Origin: Alcanivorax sp.
Lineage (GTDB): Bacteria; Pseudomonadota; Gammaproteobacteria; Pseudomonadales; Alcanivoracaceae
NCBI GenBank assembly: GCA_042090255.1
Contig: JBELJS010000010.1
Coordinates: 8,491 to 72,490, forward strand
Direction: 5' to 3'
Length of the DNA stretch: 64,000 nucleotides
Each line of letters begins with the position of its first letter. Position 1 is the stretch's first letter. Below, in pieces: positions 20,196 through 30,054 of this stretch. Position numbers and translations under genes: made by a program. The notes below the pieces were generated by a model. It made no database searches. It was not told the origin of the DNA and saw nothing but the letters and a program-made list of their open reading frames with translations.

Positions 20196-21287
20196 CTACG
20201 ATTCGGTGGTGGCCGCCAGGACACGGGCTATGCGCTCCACGTCCTCTGGCGAAAGGTATGGATGCATTGGCAAACTGACCACCTGCTCCGCGGCTTTGTC
20301 GCCCACCGGCAGGGACACGCTGGCGTCCCCCACGGCCGGCTGTCGATTGAGCGGGATCGGGTAATGCACAGCCGTCGGAATACCGGCGGCGGCAAGTGCC
20401 TCACGTACTGCGTCTCGTTGTTCCACACGGATGGTGTATTGCGCCCAGGCACTGGTATTGCCGGGCTCACAGTGCGGCACGGTTACCGCACCCAGCTCGT
20501 CGAGCAGTTCGTTATAGCGTGTCGCCACCTGATTACGCAGGGCGATTTCTTCCTGCAGCAGATCGAGTTTGGGTAACAGTATGGCGGCTTGCAGAGTATC
20601 CAGGCGGCTGTTGATGCCGACTCTGACGTGGTGATAGCGGCGGTCCTGGCCGTGCCTGGCGATCTGCCGCATCACCTTGGCCAGGTCTTCGTGGTCGGTG
20701 AAGATAGCACCACCGTCGCCGTAGCACCCGAGCGGCTTGCTGGGGAAAAAGCTGGTACAGCCGATGGTGCTCAGGGCGCAGGACTTGCCGCCGTGGCTAC
20801 TGGCGCCGAAGCTCTGGGCCCCGTCTTCGATAACCGGAAGGCTGTGTTTTTCGGCTATCCGATTGATGGTTTCAAAATCCGCGCATTGCCCATATAGAGA
20901 GACAGGAATAATTGCTTTGGTTCTCGGGGTTATCGCCGCTTCCATCGCCGCTGGACTGATATTGTAGGTGCGCGGCTCAATGTCCACATAGACTGGCTTT
21001 GCACCCAACAGGGCCGGGGTCTCGGCAGTGGCGATATAGCTGAAACCCGGCACAATGACTTCGTCTCCCGGGCCGATACCCAGCGCCATCTGAGCGATTT
21101 GCAGGGCATCGGTACCGTTAGCGACGGTAATACAGTATTTCACCCCGAGATAAGCAGCGAGGCGTTCTTCAAGCTCATCCACTTCCGGCCCCAGAATATA
21201 CTTGCCGTGGGCTAGAACACGTTGGATGTTCTCGTCGATGGTGTCTTTGATGCGGGCTTGCTGGGCAGCGAGATCGATGAACTGCAT
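20196..21287 (-). CDS. wbpE: UDP-2-acetamido-2-deoxy-3-oxo-D-glucuronate aminotransferase, WbpE family (DegT)
   Basis: MQFIDLAAQQARIK...HGKYILGPEV.ELE..LA.YLGVKY, SFFPSKPLGCYGDGG. It abuts the WbpD-like gene. Confidence 0.8.
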   Translation of the reverse strand: MQFIDLAAQQARIKDTIDENIQRVLAHGKYILGPEVDELEERLAAYLGVKYCITVANGTDALQIAQMALGIGPGDEVIVPGFSYIATAETPALLGAKPVYVDIEPRTYNISPAAMEAAITPRTKAIIPVSLYGQCADFETINRIAEKHSLPVIEDGAQSFGASSHGGKSCALSTIGCTSFFPSKPLGCYGDGGAIFTDHEDLAKVMRQIARHGQDRRYHHVRVGINSRLDTLQAAILLPKLDLLQEEIALRNQVATRYNELLDELGAVTVPHCEPGNTSAWAQYTIRVEQRDAVREALAAAGIPTAVHYPIPLNRQPAVGDASVSLPVGDKAAEQVVSLPMHPYLSPEDVERIARVLAATTES

Positions 21288-21872
21288 TCAGGCGGCCTCG
21301 CTCTTGCGGACGGTCTGTCCGCTCAGGGTATAGACGGCGCCGGTGTGCTCGCACACCACCTTTCCTTCGCCGCTGAGCGGCAAATCAAGCTGCTCGCCGA
21401 ACTCGCTCATCCAACCGATCTGTTTGCCGGGCACACCCACCACAAGAGCGTAATCGGGCACGTCTTTATTGATCACCGCGCCAGCGCCCACGAAGGCGAA
21501 AGCACCAACGGTCACGCCGCACACCAGGGTGCAATTGGCGCCCAGGCTGGCGCCCTTCTTTACCAGGGTGTCGCGGTATTCGTCCTTGCGCTCGATCAGC
21601 GAGCGAGGGTTGTAGACGTTGGTGAACACCATGCTCGGGCCGCAGAACACGCCCTCTTCCAGATGCACGTTGTCGTACACCGAAACGTTATTCTGGATTT
21701 TGCAATTGTCGCCGATGGTAACCTTATTGCCGACGAAAACGCCCTGCCCCATGGACACGTTACGCCCGATGCGGGCGCCGCCGCATACATGGACGAAGTG
21801 CCACACCCGTGAGCCGCTGCCAATTTGTGCGCCGTCATCCACAATGGCGCTTTCGTGAACCTGGTAATCCAT
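21288..21872 (-). CDS. wbpD: UDP-2-acetamido-3-amino-2,3-dideoxy-D-glucuronate N-acetyltransferase, WbpD family (left-handed beta-helix)
   Basis: Hexapeptide repeats, [16 protein letters not shown]. 194 aa, directly upstream of wbpE. Confidence 0.8.
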   Translation of the reverse strand: MDYQVHESAIVDDGAQIGSGSRVWHFVHVCGGARIGRNVSMGQGVFVGNKVTIGDNCKIQNNVSVYDNVHLEEGVFCGPSMVFTNVYNPRSLIERKDEYRDTLVKKGASLGANCTLVCGVTVGAFAFVGAGAVINKDVPDYALVVGVPGKQIGWMSEFGEQLDLPLSGEGKVVCEHTGAVYTLSGQTVRKSEAA

Positions 21873-21967
21873 GGAATCTCCCTATCCGAGGCGGAGCAAG
21901 AATAGCGCGCCATTGTATATGGCATCCATGGATACCTCCAAGGCGCTCGTATTCTGGCCCAGGGTGC

Positions 21968-23308
21968 CTATGCGAGGACGAGGGGTACCCGGACGCTGTC
22001 ACCACGTCCGACAGCGAAATAAGCGATGCCGGCACGTCGCAGGACGGGCGGGTCGTAGAGGTTGCGGCCGTCGATCACCACCGGCCGGCGCAGACGGGCG
22101 GTGATTTCGTCGGCGTCGACCACCCTGAATTCCTTCCATTCCGTGCAGATCACCAGGGCATCCGCGCCTTCCAGGGCTTGGTAGCGGTCGTCGGCCAGGG
22201 TCAGGTCGGGCCGCTGACCGTAGAGCCGGCGACACTCCTGGGCGGCTTCCGGGTCGTAGGCCTGGATGCGTCCGCCCTGGGCCCAGACCGCCTCCATCAG
22301 CGACCGGCTGGGCGCTTCGCGCATGTCGTCGGTGTTGGGTTTGTAGGCCAGGCCCCAGACGGCGATGGTCTTGCCGGCCAGGTCGCCTTCCAGCGCCTTG
22401 TGCAGCTTGGCGAACAGGGTGTCTTTCTGGGCGCGGTTGACCTGCTCCACGGCCTGCAGGATACGCGCCGGGTAGCCGGCGTCACGGGCCATGCTTGCCA
22501 GGGCCTGGATGTCCTTGGGGAAGCAGGCACCGCCATAGCCGCAACCGGGGTAGATAAAGTGGTAGCCGATGCGGGGGTCGGAGCCGATGCCCAGGCGGAC
22601 CTGTTCGATGTCGGCGCCTAGGTGCTCGGCCAGGTTGGCCATCTCGTTCATAAAGCTGATTTTGGTGGCCAGCATGGTGTTGGCGGCGTATTTGGTCAGC
22701 TCGGCGGAGCGGGTGTCCATGAAGATGAACTTGTCCCGGTTCCAGTTGTAGGGGCCGTAGCATTCGCGCATCAGTTCACGGGCCCGTTCGGACTCGGTGC
22801 CGACCACGATGCGGGCGCCTCGGGTGAAGTCCTCGATGGCGGCGCCTTCCTTGAGGAATTCCGGGTTGGAACAGACGTCGAAGTCGACCGCCCTGCCCTG
22901 CTCGGCGATCACCGCTCGCACGCGGTCGGCGGTGCCCACCGGTACGGTGGATTTGTTAACTACCAGGCGGTAGCCGTCGATGTGCTCGCCGATGGCGGCG
23001 GCCACCGCCAGCACCTGCTTGAGGTCGGCGGCGCCTTCCGCCCCCGCCGGGGTGCCCACGGCGATGAACAGCAGGGTGCCGAAGCGTACGGCCTGGCCGG
23101 CGTCGGTTGTGAACGCCAGGCGGCCCTCTTCGCGGTTGCGCGCCAGCATGGTTTTCAGGCCGGGCTCGTAGATGGGCACTTCGCCGCGGTCCAGGGTGCG
23201 CACCCGCTCGGCATCGACATCGGCGCACAGCACCTGATGCCCCACATCCGCCAGGCAGGCGGCGGTGACCAGACCGACATAGCCGGCGCCGAACACGGTG
23301 ATACGCAT
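21968..23308 (-). CDS. ugd: UDP-glucose 6-dehydrogenase (Ugd; a WbpA-like UDP-GlcNAc dehydrogenase role is not excluded)
   Basis: MRITVFGAGYVGLVTAACLA, GYGGACFPKD (catalytic Cys), 446 aa. Confidence 0.8.
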   Translation of the reverse strand: MRITVFGAGYVGLVTAACLADVGHQVLCADVDAERVRTLDRGEVPIYEPGLKTMLARNREEGRLAFTTDAGQAVRFGTLLFIAVGTPAGAEGAADLKQVLAVAAAIGEHIDGYRLVVNKSTVPVGTADRVRAVIAEQGRAVDFDVCSNPEFLKEGAAIEDFTRGARIVVGTESERARELMRECYGPYNWNRDKFIFMDTRSAELTKYAANTMLATKISFMNEMANLAEHLGADIEQVRLGIGSDPRIGYHFIYPGCGYGGACFPKDIQALASMARDAGYPARILQAVEQVNRAQKDTLFAKLHKALEGDLAGKTIAVWGLAYKPNTDDMREAPSRSLMEAVWAQGGRIQAYDPEAAQECRRLYGQRPDLTLADDRYQALEGADALVICTEWKEFRVVDADEITARLRRPVVIDGRNLYDPPVLRRAGIAYFAVGRGDSVRVPLVLA

Positions 23309-23435
23309 AGACAGCCCCCCGGGAGCCCATTCGAGTTTTAACAGGACTGCTAGACTAGCGGGAGGCAGGGCTGATCGATGCGTTGAAAAAGACCCAAAAA
23401 ACGGGCTTTAACGGGCCTTCAGGCGCCATGGGTTT

Positions 23436-23518
23436 GTCGGGTTACGGCCTGCGGCCTAACCCGACCTACGGTGGGAGTCGGTAGGCGGGTAGGTCGGGTT
23501 AGCGAAGCGTAACCCGAC
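23436..23518. repeat. REP type 2 doublet
   Basis: gtcgggttacggcctgcggcctaacccgacctac (23436-23469) and gtaggtcgggttagcgaagcgtaacccgac (23489-23518). The same architecture occurs at 35536-35612. Confidence 0.85.
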
Positions 23519-23554
23519 GCGGTCGGCGAGACGTGGTCGGCGAGACGCGGCGTG

Positions 23555-24169
23555 TTACACGCCGATCTTGGCGATCAGCTGGCGCACGCACTCGCCGATG
23601 TCGTTGTCAGCGGTGTTAATTACCACTTCCGCGTTGGCGGGCGCTTCGTAGGGGCTGTCGATGCCGGTGAATTCTTTGATCTCGCCGGCGCGGGCTTTCT
23701 TGTAGAGGCCCTTGGGGTCGCGCTTTTCGCACTCTTCCAGCGGCGCGTCGGCGAACACTTCCACGAACTCGCCGTCCTCGAACAGGGCGCGGGCGGCGTC
23801 CCGGTCGGCGCGGAACGGGCTGATAAACGCAGTGATCACCACCAGGCCGGCGTCGACCATCAGCTTGGCCACTTCGGACACCCGGCGGATGTTCTCGGTG
23901 CGGTCTTCGTCGCTCATGCCCAGGTTCTTGTTCAGGCCGTGGCGCACGTTGTCACCGTCCAGCAGGTAGGTGTGCTTGCCTTGCTCGGTGAGCGCCACTT
24001 CCAGGGCGTTGGCCAGGGTCGACTTGCCGGAGCCGGACAGGCCGGTGAGCCAGATGCACTTGGGCACCTGGTTCTTTTGCTTGGCGCGGTCGTCCTTGGT
24101 GATGTGGGTTTGGTGCCAGATCACTTCGGCCTGGGATTCGTTGTCGCGCTTTTCGTAGGGGCCTGACAT
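23555..24169 (-). CDS. cysC: Adenylyl-sulfate (APS) kinase
   Basis: [15 protein letters not shown]-loop, 204 aa, whole-length APS kinase pattern. Confidence 0.9.
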   Translation of the reverse strand: MSGPYEKRDNESQAEVIWHQTHITKDDRAKQKNQVPKCIWLTGLSGSGKSTLANALEVALTEQGKHTYLLDGDNVRHGLNKNLGMSDEDRTENIRRVSEVAKLMVDAGLVVITAFISPFRADRDAARALFEDGEFVEVFADAPLEECEKRDPKGLYKKARAGEIKEFTGIDSPYEAPANAEVVINTADNDIGECVRQLIAKIGV

Positions 24170-24195
24170 AAAGGGTCTCCTGTTAAGTGGGTGGC

Positions 24196-25968
24196 TTAGA
24201 ACGGCCAGATCAGGGGGATCAGCGAGGTGCTCACGGCAAGGGCGACCAGGCTCATGGGCACGCCGATCTTCAGGTAATCGGTGAAACGGTAGCCGCCGGG
24301 GCCCATGACCATGAGGTTGGTCTGGTAGCCCAACGGGGTCATGAAGCTGGCGCTGGCGGCGAACATAACCGCGACGATGAACGGCAGCGGGCTGACGCCG
24401 AGCTGCTCGGCGACGCCGGTGGCGATCGGGAACACCAGTACGGCGGCGGCGTTGTTGGTGATCACTTCGGTGAACAGGGCGGTGATCAGGTACACCAGCA
24501 GCAAGGCCAGCCAGGGGCTCTGTATGCTGTCACCGAGCATGGCGTCGACGATCCAGGCGGCGGTGCCGCTCTGCTCCAAGGCGGTGCCGAGGGCGAAGGC
24601 GGCTCCGATCACCACCAGCACGGGCAGGTTGACGCTGACGTTCATGCGCGCCCGGTTAACGGTGACGCAGCGGGTGACCAGCAGCAGGCCGGCGGCCAGG
24701 AAGGCGGCCTCGAGCACGGACACCAGGCCGATCACGTTGACGCCGACCATGGCCACCAGGATCACCGTGGCCAGCGGCGCACGGCTGAAGTCTGGCGGGG
24801 TGGAGTCGCTCAGCGGGCTGACCAGCATGAAGTCGCGGCGGTACTGGTACTGCTCGACGAAGGTGTCGCTGGTTTCCAGCAGCAGGGTGTCGCCGGTGCG
24901 CAGCACCTGCTCGCCGACCTTGCCGGGCAGACGGCGGCCGCCGCGGCTGATGCTGAGGATGGCGGCCTGGTAGCGGGTGCGGAAGCCGGTGTCCTTGACG
25001 GTTTTGTTGACGCCGGGGAATTCCGGGCCCAGCACCACTTCCACCAGGCAGCGCTGGTGGTTAGTGAGACGCAGCTTGTGGGCGCCGCCGTGGGCGGGGA
25101 TCAGGCCGTTGACGCGCTGCAGCTCGCGGGCGCACTCCGGGGCGCCGATAAAGGCGAGCTGGTCGCCGGCCTGCAGCAGCTGGTCCGGGCCGACGGCGGT
25201 GAACAGCTTCTCGCCGCGCTGGATCTCGGTGAGATAGCCGTGGGTGAGGTTACGCAGGCCGGCGTCCTGGATGCTTTTGTTGTGCAGCGGGCTGCCTTCG
25301 GGGATCACCATCTCTACGTGGTATTCGCGGGCCTGTTCGACCTGCTCGACCAGCCCTTCGCGCTCGGGCAGCAGGCGGCGGGCGAACAGCAGCAGAAACA
25401 CGGAGCCGGCGATCAACAGCGGCACGCCCACCCAGGCCATATCGAAGATGTGAAAGCCTTCCATGCCCCGGTTCTGCATCATGCCATCCACCACCAGGTT
25501 GGTGCTGGTGCCGATCAGTGTGCAGGTGCCGCCGAGGATGGCGGCGTAGCTGAGCGGCAACAGGAGCTGGGAAGCGGAGAGTTTTAAACGTTGGGCCCAC
25601 TCCTGGACCGCCGGGATCATCATCGCCACCACGGTGGTGTTGTTGAGGAAGGCGCTGAGTATCGAGGTGGGCAAAATCAGCCGGCTTTGGCTGCCCAGCG
25701 CGCTCTTGGGCTGGCCGAGCAGCTTGTGGGCCACCCAGTAGATAGCACCGGTGTCACGCAGGGCGGCGGCCACCACATAGAGCACCGCCACGGTGATCAA
25801 CCCCGGGTTGGCGAAGCCGGCCAGGGCCTGGTCCACGGTGATCACATCGCCCACCAGCACCGCCACCAGGGCGGCCATCATGGTGACCTCGGCAGGCACG
25901 CGGTTGGACGCCAGCGCCGCCAGCACCGCAAGCACCACCAGCGATGTGTAGATCATTTCCGGAGTCAT
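24196..25968 (-). CDS. SLC13/DASS-family anion permease with two central TrkA-C domains
   Basis: 590 aa. Hydrophobic N- and C-terminal halves flank a soluble segment ([21 protein letters not shown]...). It lies 26 nt upstream of cysC. Confidence 0.8.
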   Translation of the reverse strand: MTPEMIYTSLVVLAVLAALASNRVPAEVTMMAALVAVLVGDVITVDQALAGFANPGLITVAVLYVVAAALRDTGAIYWVAHKLLGQPKSALGSQSRLILPTSILSAFLNNTTVVAMMIPAVQEWAQRLKLSASQLLLPLSYAAILGGTCTLIGTSTNLVVDGMMQNRGMEGFHIFDMAWVGVPLLIAGSVFLLLFARRLLPEREGLVEQVEQAREYHVEMVIPEGSPLHNKSIQDAGLRNLTHGYLTEIQRGEKLFTAVGPDQLLQAGDQLAFIGAPECARELQRVNGLIPAHGGAHKLRLTNHQRCLVEVVLGPEFPGVNKTVKDTGFRTRYQAAILSISRGGRRLPGKVGEQVLRTGDTLLLETSDTFVEQYQYRRDFMLVSPLSDSTPPDFSRAPLATVILVAMVGVNVIGLVSVLEAAFLAAGLLLVTRCVTVNRARMNVSVNLPVLVVIGAAFALGTALEQSGTAAWIVDAMLGDSIQSPWLALLLVYLITALFTEVITNNAAAVLVFPIATGVAEQLGVSPLPFIVAVMFAASASFMTPLGYQTNLMVMGPGGYRFTDYLKIGVPMSLVALAVSTSLIPLIWPF

Positions 25969-26088
25969 AAACGGCCAAGCACCCGATCTGAAAATTGCAG
26001 GCTACGAAGAGCGCGATGGTACCTGCGCCTTTATAACCTGCAACTATGTGTTTGTTCTTTACTTATAACGAGCTGATTGGCCTGGCGG

Positions 26089-26487
26089 CTATTTCTCCTG
26101 GTTGCAGATCAGGCGAGCCTCTTCTAGGGCGGCGGTGCGGTGCTTGGTGGCCTGCTTGTACTCGGGATCCGCGAGCATCTGCGCGAACGCTTGGATCGAA
26201 GGGTAGCGCACCAGCAGCACTTCGTCCCAGCGCTCGCCTTCCGGGGCGATCACGCCGGCCAGGGTATCGCCGGACCAGACCAACTCGCCGCCCACGCCCC
26301 GGACCTTCTCGAACGCCACCAGCGAATAGCGGCGGTAGGCCTCGCGGCCGTCGTAGTCGGCTTCGCCGTCCTTGTAGCGGGCTTTGTCGCGGAAGCGCAG
26401 CAGGTTGAGCATGACGATGGGGGTGTCGGCGGGAATGCTGTTGAGGATTTCCGGCAGGCGTTTCGGATCCGGGTCGACGACGGGCAT
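26089..26487 (-). CDS. DUF1330 domain protein
   Basis: Start trimmed to MPVVDPDPKRL, preceded by AAGGAGA. The longer track ORF (to 26730) has no support. Confidence 0.7.
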   Translation of the reverse strand: MPVVDPDPKRLPEILNSIPADTPIVMLNLLRFRDKARYKDGEADYDGREAYRRYSLVAFEKVRGVGGELVWSGDTLAGVIAPEGERWDEVLLVRYPSIQAFAQMLADPEYKQATKHRTAALEEARLICNQEK

Positions 26488-26675
26488 GGCGTGCTCTCCT
26501 TGATTGTGATTATTGGCAACAAGGTTGCCGCTTCCCTCCCCCGCCGCCAATGGTGAGATGCGCCATTTGTATGGGCAGGTTCCGGGGAGGGAGCTCTGGC
26601 GATGAGGCCCAAGACTCTCTAGGATCGACTGTTCACGACTTAATAAAAACACGCCTGACCTTGGGGACCATACCA

Positions 26676-28010
26676 ATGCACACTCTTTCGTTTCGGCGCG
26701 CGTCACTGGCGGCGGCGATGTCGTTCGCATTCGTTTTACCGGCCAGCGCTGATCTGCTCGACGGCGCGGGTGAGACCTTCACCGTACAAGATATGACCGG
26801 AGACGCCCGTCTGAGCGGCTTCGATATCGCCGCTTTGCCGGATGGTTTCGTGGTGGTGTGGACCGAACGTGAGCCCGAGGGCTATGACCGTGTCCGGGCC
26901 CGACGCTTCGATCAGGACGGGGAACCGCGCGCCGACGCTTTTCTGGTGGTCGAGGAAGGCGGCAGCACCGACGTCGCTCTGGGCCGCCCCCTTGTCACCG
27001 CCAGCGATGACGGCAAGCTGCTGGTCGCCTGGGCGCGTGACGGGGACAGCCCGCCCGCGTTCTGCTCCAATAACCTGTTTGTTTCAAGGGTGGACGCGGA
27101 CGACGACCCCAGCCCGGCGGAAACCCCTTACGACGCCGAGGTCGAGCCTTGTCAGATGGGGGTGGCCATGGACGCCGACGGTGACTACGTCGTGGCCTGG
27201 AGTAATCTGAACCACGATCTGAAAACCCGCTCTTTTCTCGCCGATGGCACCGTGCTCGGGGATACCGAGACGATTTCCGGGGGCAACCTGGCCATCGACG
27301 TGTCGGTGGCGATCCAGGAAAACGGCTCTTTCGCGGTTGGCTGGAACTTCACCAATGGCGTCGCCGAATTTCAGACGCGCACGCTGGCGGATAACACCTT
27401 GCTTGATGATACACAGCCGCTGGATAACGGCGATTTCTCCGACGACGACCTGCGCCGATCCGGTGTCGCCCTGGCCGCCGACCAGGACGGCGGGTACGTG
27501 GGCCTGTGGGAACATGTGGACCTTGACGTGGACACTCCCCGGGAGATACGCGCGCAACGCTGGCACGCCGACGGCACCGCCGGAGAGGCCCTGTTGCTCG
27601 GAAGTATTCCGTACCAGGGCGAGCTTCATGCCGCTCACATGGACGCCGACGGCCAGGGGAACCTGGTCGGGGTATGGAGCGGCGAGAGAACCACAGGTGA
27701 AGTGGCGGAAGGCACGCTGATCGACAACAACAACGACGTGAAGGGCGGGCGCGCGGTCACGATCGCTGATTTCTCCGCTTACAACGACCCGCCCGAGGCC
27801 GGCTCCCCGCGCGTGGCCATGAACGGGGACATGGTCGCCGTGGCCTGGTACGGCAGCGACACCCAGACCCTGCGTGCCCGCGTGTTCGACCCGGACAGCG
27901 GCACCGTGAACCCGAGCGGCCCCGGCAGCAGTGGCGGTGGCGGCCCCACCGGTCCTCTGACGCTGCTCGCTGTCACCCTGCTGGTGCTGAGACAGCGCCG
28001 GTTAATCTGA
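26676..28010 (+). CDS. Secreted Asp-rich protein with seven repeats and a GlyGly-CTERM-like sorting tail
   Basis: Start trimmed to MHTLSFRRASLAAAMSFAFVLPASA (signal peptide). It has seven repeats of the form D/N-G-x-hydrophobic-V-x-W, for example DGFVVVW, DGKLLVAW, DGDYVVAW and GDMVAVAW. The tail is SSGGGGPTGPLTLLAVTLLVLRQRRLI. Confidence 0.75.
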   Translation: MHTLSFRRASLAAAMSFAFVLPASADLLDGAGETFTVQDMTGDARLSGFDIAALPDGFVVVWTEREPEGYDRVRARRFDQDGEPRADAFLVVEEGGSTDVALGRPLVTASDDGKLLVAWARDGDSPPAFCSNNLFVSRVDADDDPSPAETPYDAEVEPCQMGVAMDADGDYVVAWSNLNHDLKTRSFLADGTVLGDTETISGGNLAIDVSVAIQENGSFAVGWNFTNGVAEFQTRTLADNTLLDDTQPLDNGDFSDDDLRRSGVALAADQDGGYVGLWEHVDLDVDTPREIRAQRWHADGTAGEALLLGSIPYQGELHAAHMDADGQGNLVGVWSGERTTGEVAEGTLIDNNNDVKGGRAVTIADFSAYNDPPEAGSPRVAMNGDMVAVAWYGSDTQTLRARVFDPDSGTVNPSGPGSSGGGGPTGPLTLLAVTLLVLRQRRLI

Positions 28011-28592
28011 CACCACCATCCCACTCGCGGCGCAAAACGCCCGCAAATCATCCAGATGCAGTTCCGGCGCGGTCACCCTCGCGGTGACTTGCTGGCTGTA
28101 CTGAATGTCTTCCAGGCGGGCGCCGTGCTGGTCGCACCAGTGGCGCAGGGGCTGCTCGTCGGCGAAGCCTAGCCGCAGAGTGACGGTTTGCTGGGGGATT
28201 AGCTCGATCACTTCCATGGCCGAGAGCACCGCTTCGGCGGCGCCGGCGTAGGCGCGCACTAGGCCGCCGGCGCCCAGTTTGACGCCGCCGAAGTAGCGGC
28301 TGACCACCACCATGACGTCGCCGACCCCTTTGTGCTGGATCACGTTGAAGATCGGTTTGCCGGCAGTACCGGAGGGCTCGCCGTCGTCGTTCATGGCGCC
28401 TTGGCCGGACTGCGGGTCGCCGATCAGCCAGGCGTGGCAGTGGTGGCTGGCGTCCGGGTAGTGGGCGCGGGCTTGCTCGAGCACGGCCTGGGCCTGGTCG
28501 CGGTCCTGGACCGGGCGCAGCCAGGCGATGAAGCGGCTTTTGTTGATGATCAGTTCGCGGTCGACGGGGCCGGCTGGGGTTGGGTAAGTCAT
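28002..28592 (-). CDS. yigZ: YigZ/IMPACT-family protein (UPF0029)
   Basis: INKSRFIAWL, HHCHAWLIG, FGGVKLGAGGLVRAY. 196 aa. Confidence 0.85.
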   Translation of the reverse strand: MTYPTPAGPVDRELIINKSRFIAWLRPVQDRDQAQAVLEQARAHYPDASHHCHAWLIGDPQSGQGAMNDDGEPSGTAGKPIFNVIQHKGVGDVMVVVSRYFGGVKLGAGGLVRAYAGAAEAVLSAMEVIELIPQQTVTLRLGFADEQPLRHWCDQHGARLEDIQYSQQVTARVTAPELHLDDLRAFCAASGMVVSD

Positions 28593-28613
28593 TGGGGGAG
28601 GATAGCAGAGACC

Positions 28614-28674
28614 TTGCTAGAGAGGGCTCTGGGATCCTGCCGGGAGCTTCGCTCCCTTTCGCGGGCTGGGCCCG
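28614..28674. repeat. REP type 1, single arm
   Basis: gggctctgggatcctgcc + gggagcttcgctccc hairpin + tttcgcgggctgggcccgctcgcacaag. Confidence 0.9.
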
Positions 28675-28774
28675 CTCGCACAAGACCGGCCCCTACCTGA
28701 TCAGGGGATGTGAACACTTGTCGCGGGGCCGTACCGTCGTTGGTCAAACAACGACGAAAAAAGCGGGTAGCGAC

Positions 28775-29989
28775 ATGGAAACGACGATCTTTACGCGCCA
28801 GCGCGGCGGCACCGTGCTGATGGGAGCTCTGGTCCTGGCAATCACCGCCTGTGGCGGGGGCGGCAGCAGCAGTAGCGGCGGCAGCGCTGGCGGTGGCGGC
28901 AGCCCGCCCGCCGGCGGCCTGGCGCTGGAATCCAACAGCCCCGGCGACGGCGCCACGCAGAAGGCGGACTACCCGGTGGTGGCGGTGTTCTCGGCGCCGG
29001 TGGACCCGGCCAGCGTGGACATGCAGAGCTTCGCGGTGACCGCTGGTGTGAACGAGGTGGACGGCACCTTTAGTTACAGCGACGACGGCTCGGTGGTGAT
29101 TTTCACACCGGACGCGGATCTGGTCGACGGCCAGGCCTACACGGTGACGCTGAACGGCATTACCGATCCGTCCGGCGATGCGTTGAACGCGGAACAAACT
29201 TGGGGGTTCACCGCCAACGCGGTGGCCAATTACGACTGCGCGGTGGGCCCGGTGCCCGCCAGTCTCAACCTGAACCCGGACCAGGACGCCTACTACTCCC
29301 AGTACGCGGACGCCAACGGCCTGCCGGTGCTGGGCGGCGACCTGGTGTCGGCGCCGGCACTGACCCACGCCTGCGAGACCATTCTGGGGATGATGAGCCT
29401 GCGCCAGGATCTGCTCGAGCAGATGATCGCCAACGGCACGCTGGCGGCGGTGACCGGCGACGGCGAGGGGATCACGCAGATTCCCGCCTACTCGGATCTG
29501 GACGCCGTGTTCCCGATTAGCGGCGACACCTGGGACAACCGCGCCCGGGGCGGCCTGGGCGCCACCAAGGCGCGGCCGGTGAGCAGCGGCACCGAAGAAA
29601 ACGTGCTCTGCTACGCCAACGACCCGTACCAGGCGCCGCTGGGCGTGCACGAGGATATCTTCCTGCACGAGTTCGCCCACTCCGTGGACCTGATGGCACT
29701 GGAAGACCTGAACCCGGGTTTCCGGGCCGCGGTGCAGGCCGCCTATGACGACGCCCTGGCCAACAATCTCTACCAGAACACCTACGCGGACGACACCGTG
29801 GAAGAGTACTGGGCGGAAGGGGTGCAGAACTGGTTCAACGCCAACCTGGAGTCCGATCCACCTAACGGGCTGCACAACAGCGTCAATACCCGCGCCGAAC
29901 TGGAAAGCTACGACCCGGCGCTGCACAGCCTGATCTCACGGATTTTCCCTACCGACTACGACGGTGGCTGCCCTGCCGGCGCGCCCTGA
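28775..29989 (+). CDS. Lipoprotein with an Ig-like (SbsA/Big_5-type) domain and a C-terminal HExxH region
   Basis: Start trimmed to METTIF; lipobox LAITACGG followed by a Gly/Ser linker. PVDPASVDMQSFAVT...FTPDADLVDGQAYTVTL is the Ig-like part. FLHEFAHSVD is a possible zinc-protease motif. Confidence 0.7.
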   Translation: METTIFTRQRGGTVLMGALVLAITACGGGGSSSSGGSAGGGGSPPAGGLALESNSPGDGATQKADYPVVAVFSAPVDPASVDMQSFAVTAGVNEVDGTFSYSDDGSVVIFTPDADLVDGQAYTVTLNGITDPSGDALNAEQTWGFTANAVANYDCAVGPVPASLNLNPDQDAYYSQYADANGLPVLGGDLVSAPALTHACETILGMMSLRQDLLEQMIANGTLAAVTGDGEGITQIPAYSDLDAVFPISGDTWDNRARGGLGATKARPVSSGTEENVLCYANDPYQAPLGVHEDIFLHEFAHSVDLMALEDLNPGFRAAVQAAYDDALANNLYQNTYADDTVEEYWAEGVQNWFNANLESDPPNGLHNSVNTRAELESYDPALHSLISRIFPTDYDGGCPAGAP

Positions 29990-30054
29990 TTCCGACCTGC
30001 CCGTTACGCGCCTTGGGGGCGCACCACGGCCCGCTTCGGCGGGCCGTTCTTATT

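Noticed and set aside
21968-23308. Calling this gene wbpA (UDP-GlcNAc 6-dehydrogenase) to complete the Wbp pathway.
   Set aside because: By eye the sequence looks like a standard UDP-glucose dehydrogenase. The two specificities cannot be separated without a phylogeny, so it is left as ugd with a caveat.
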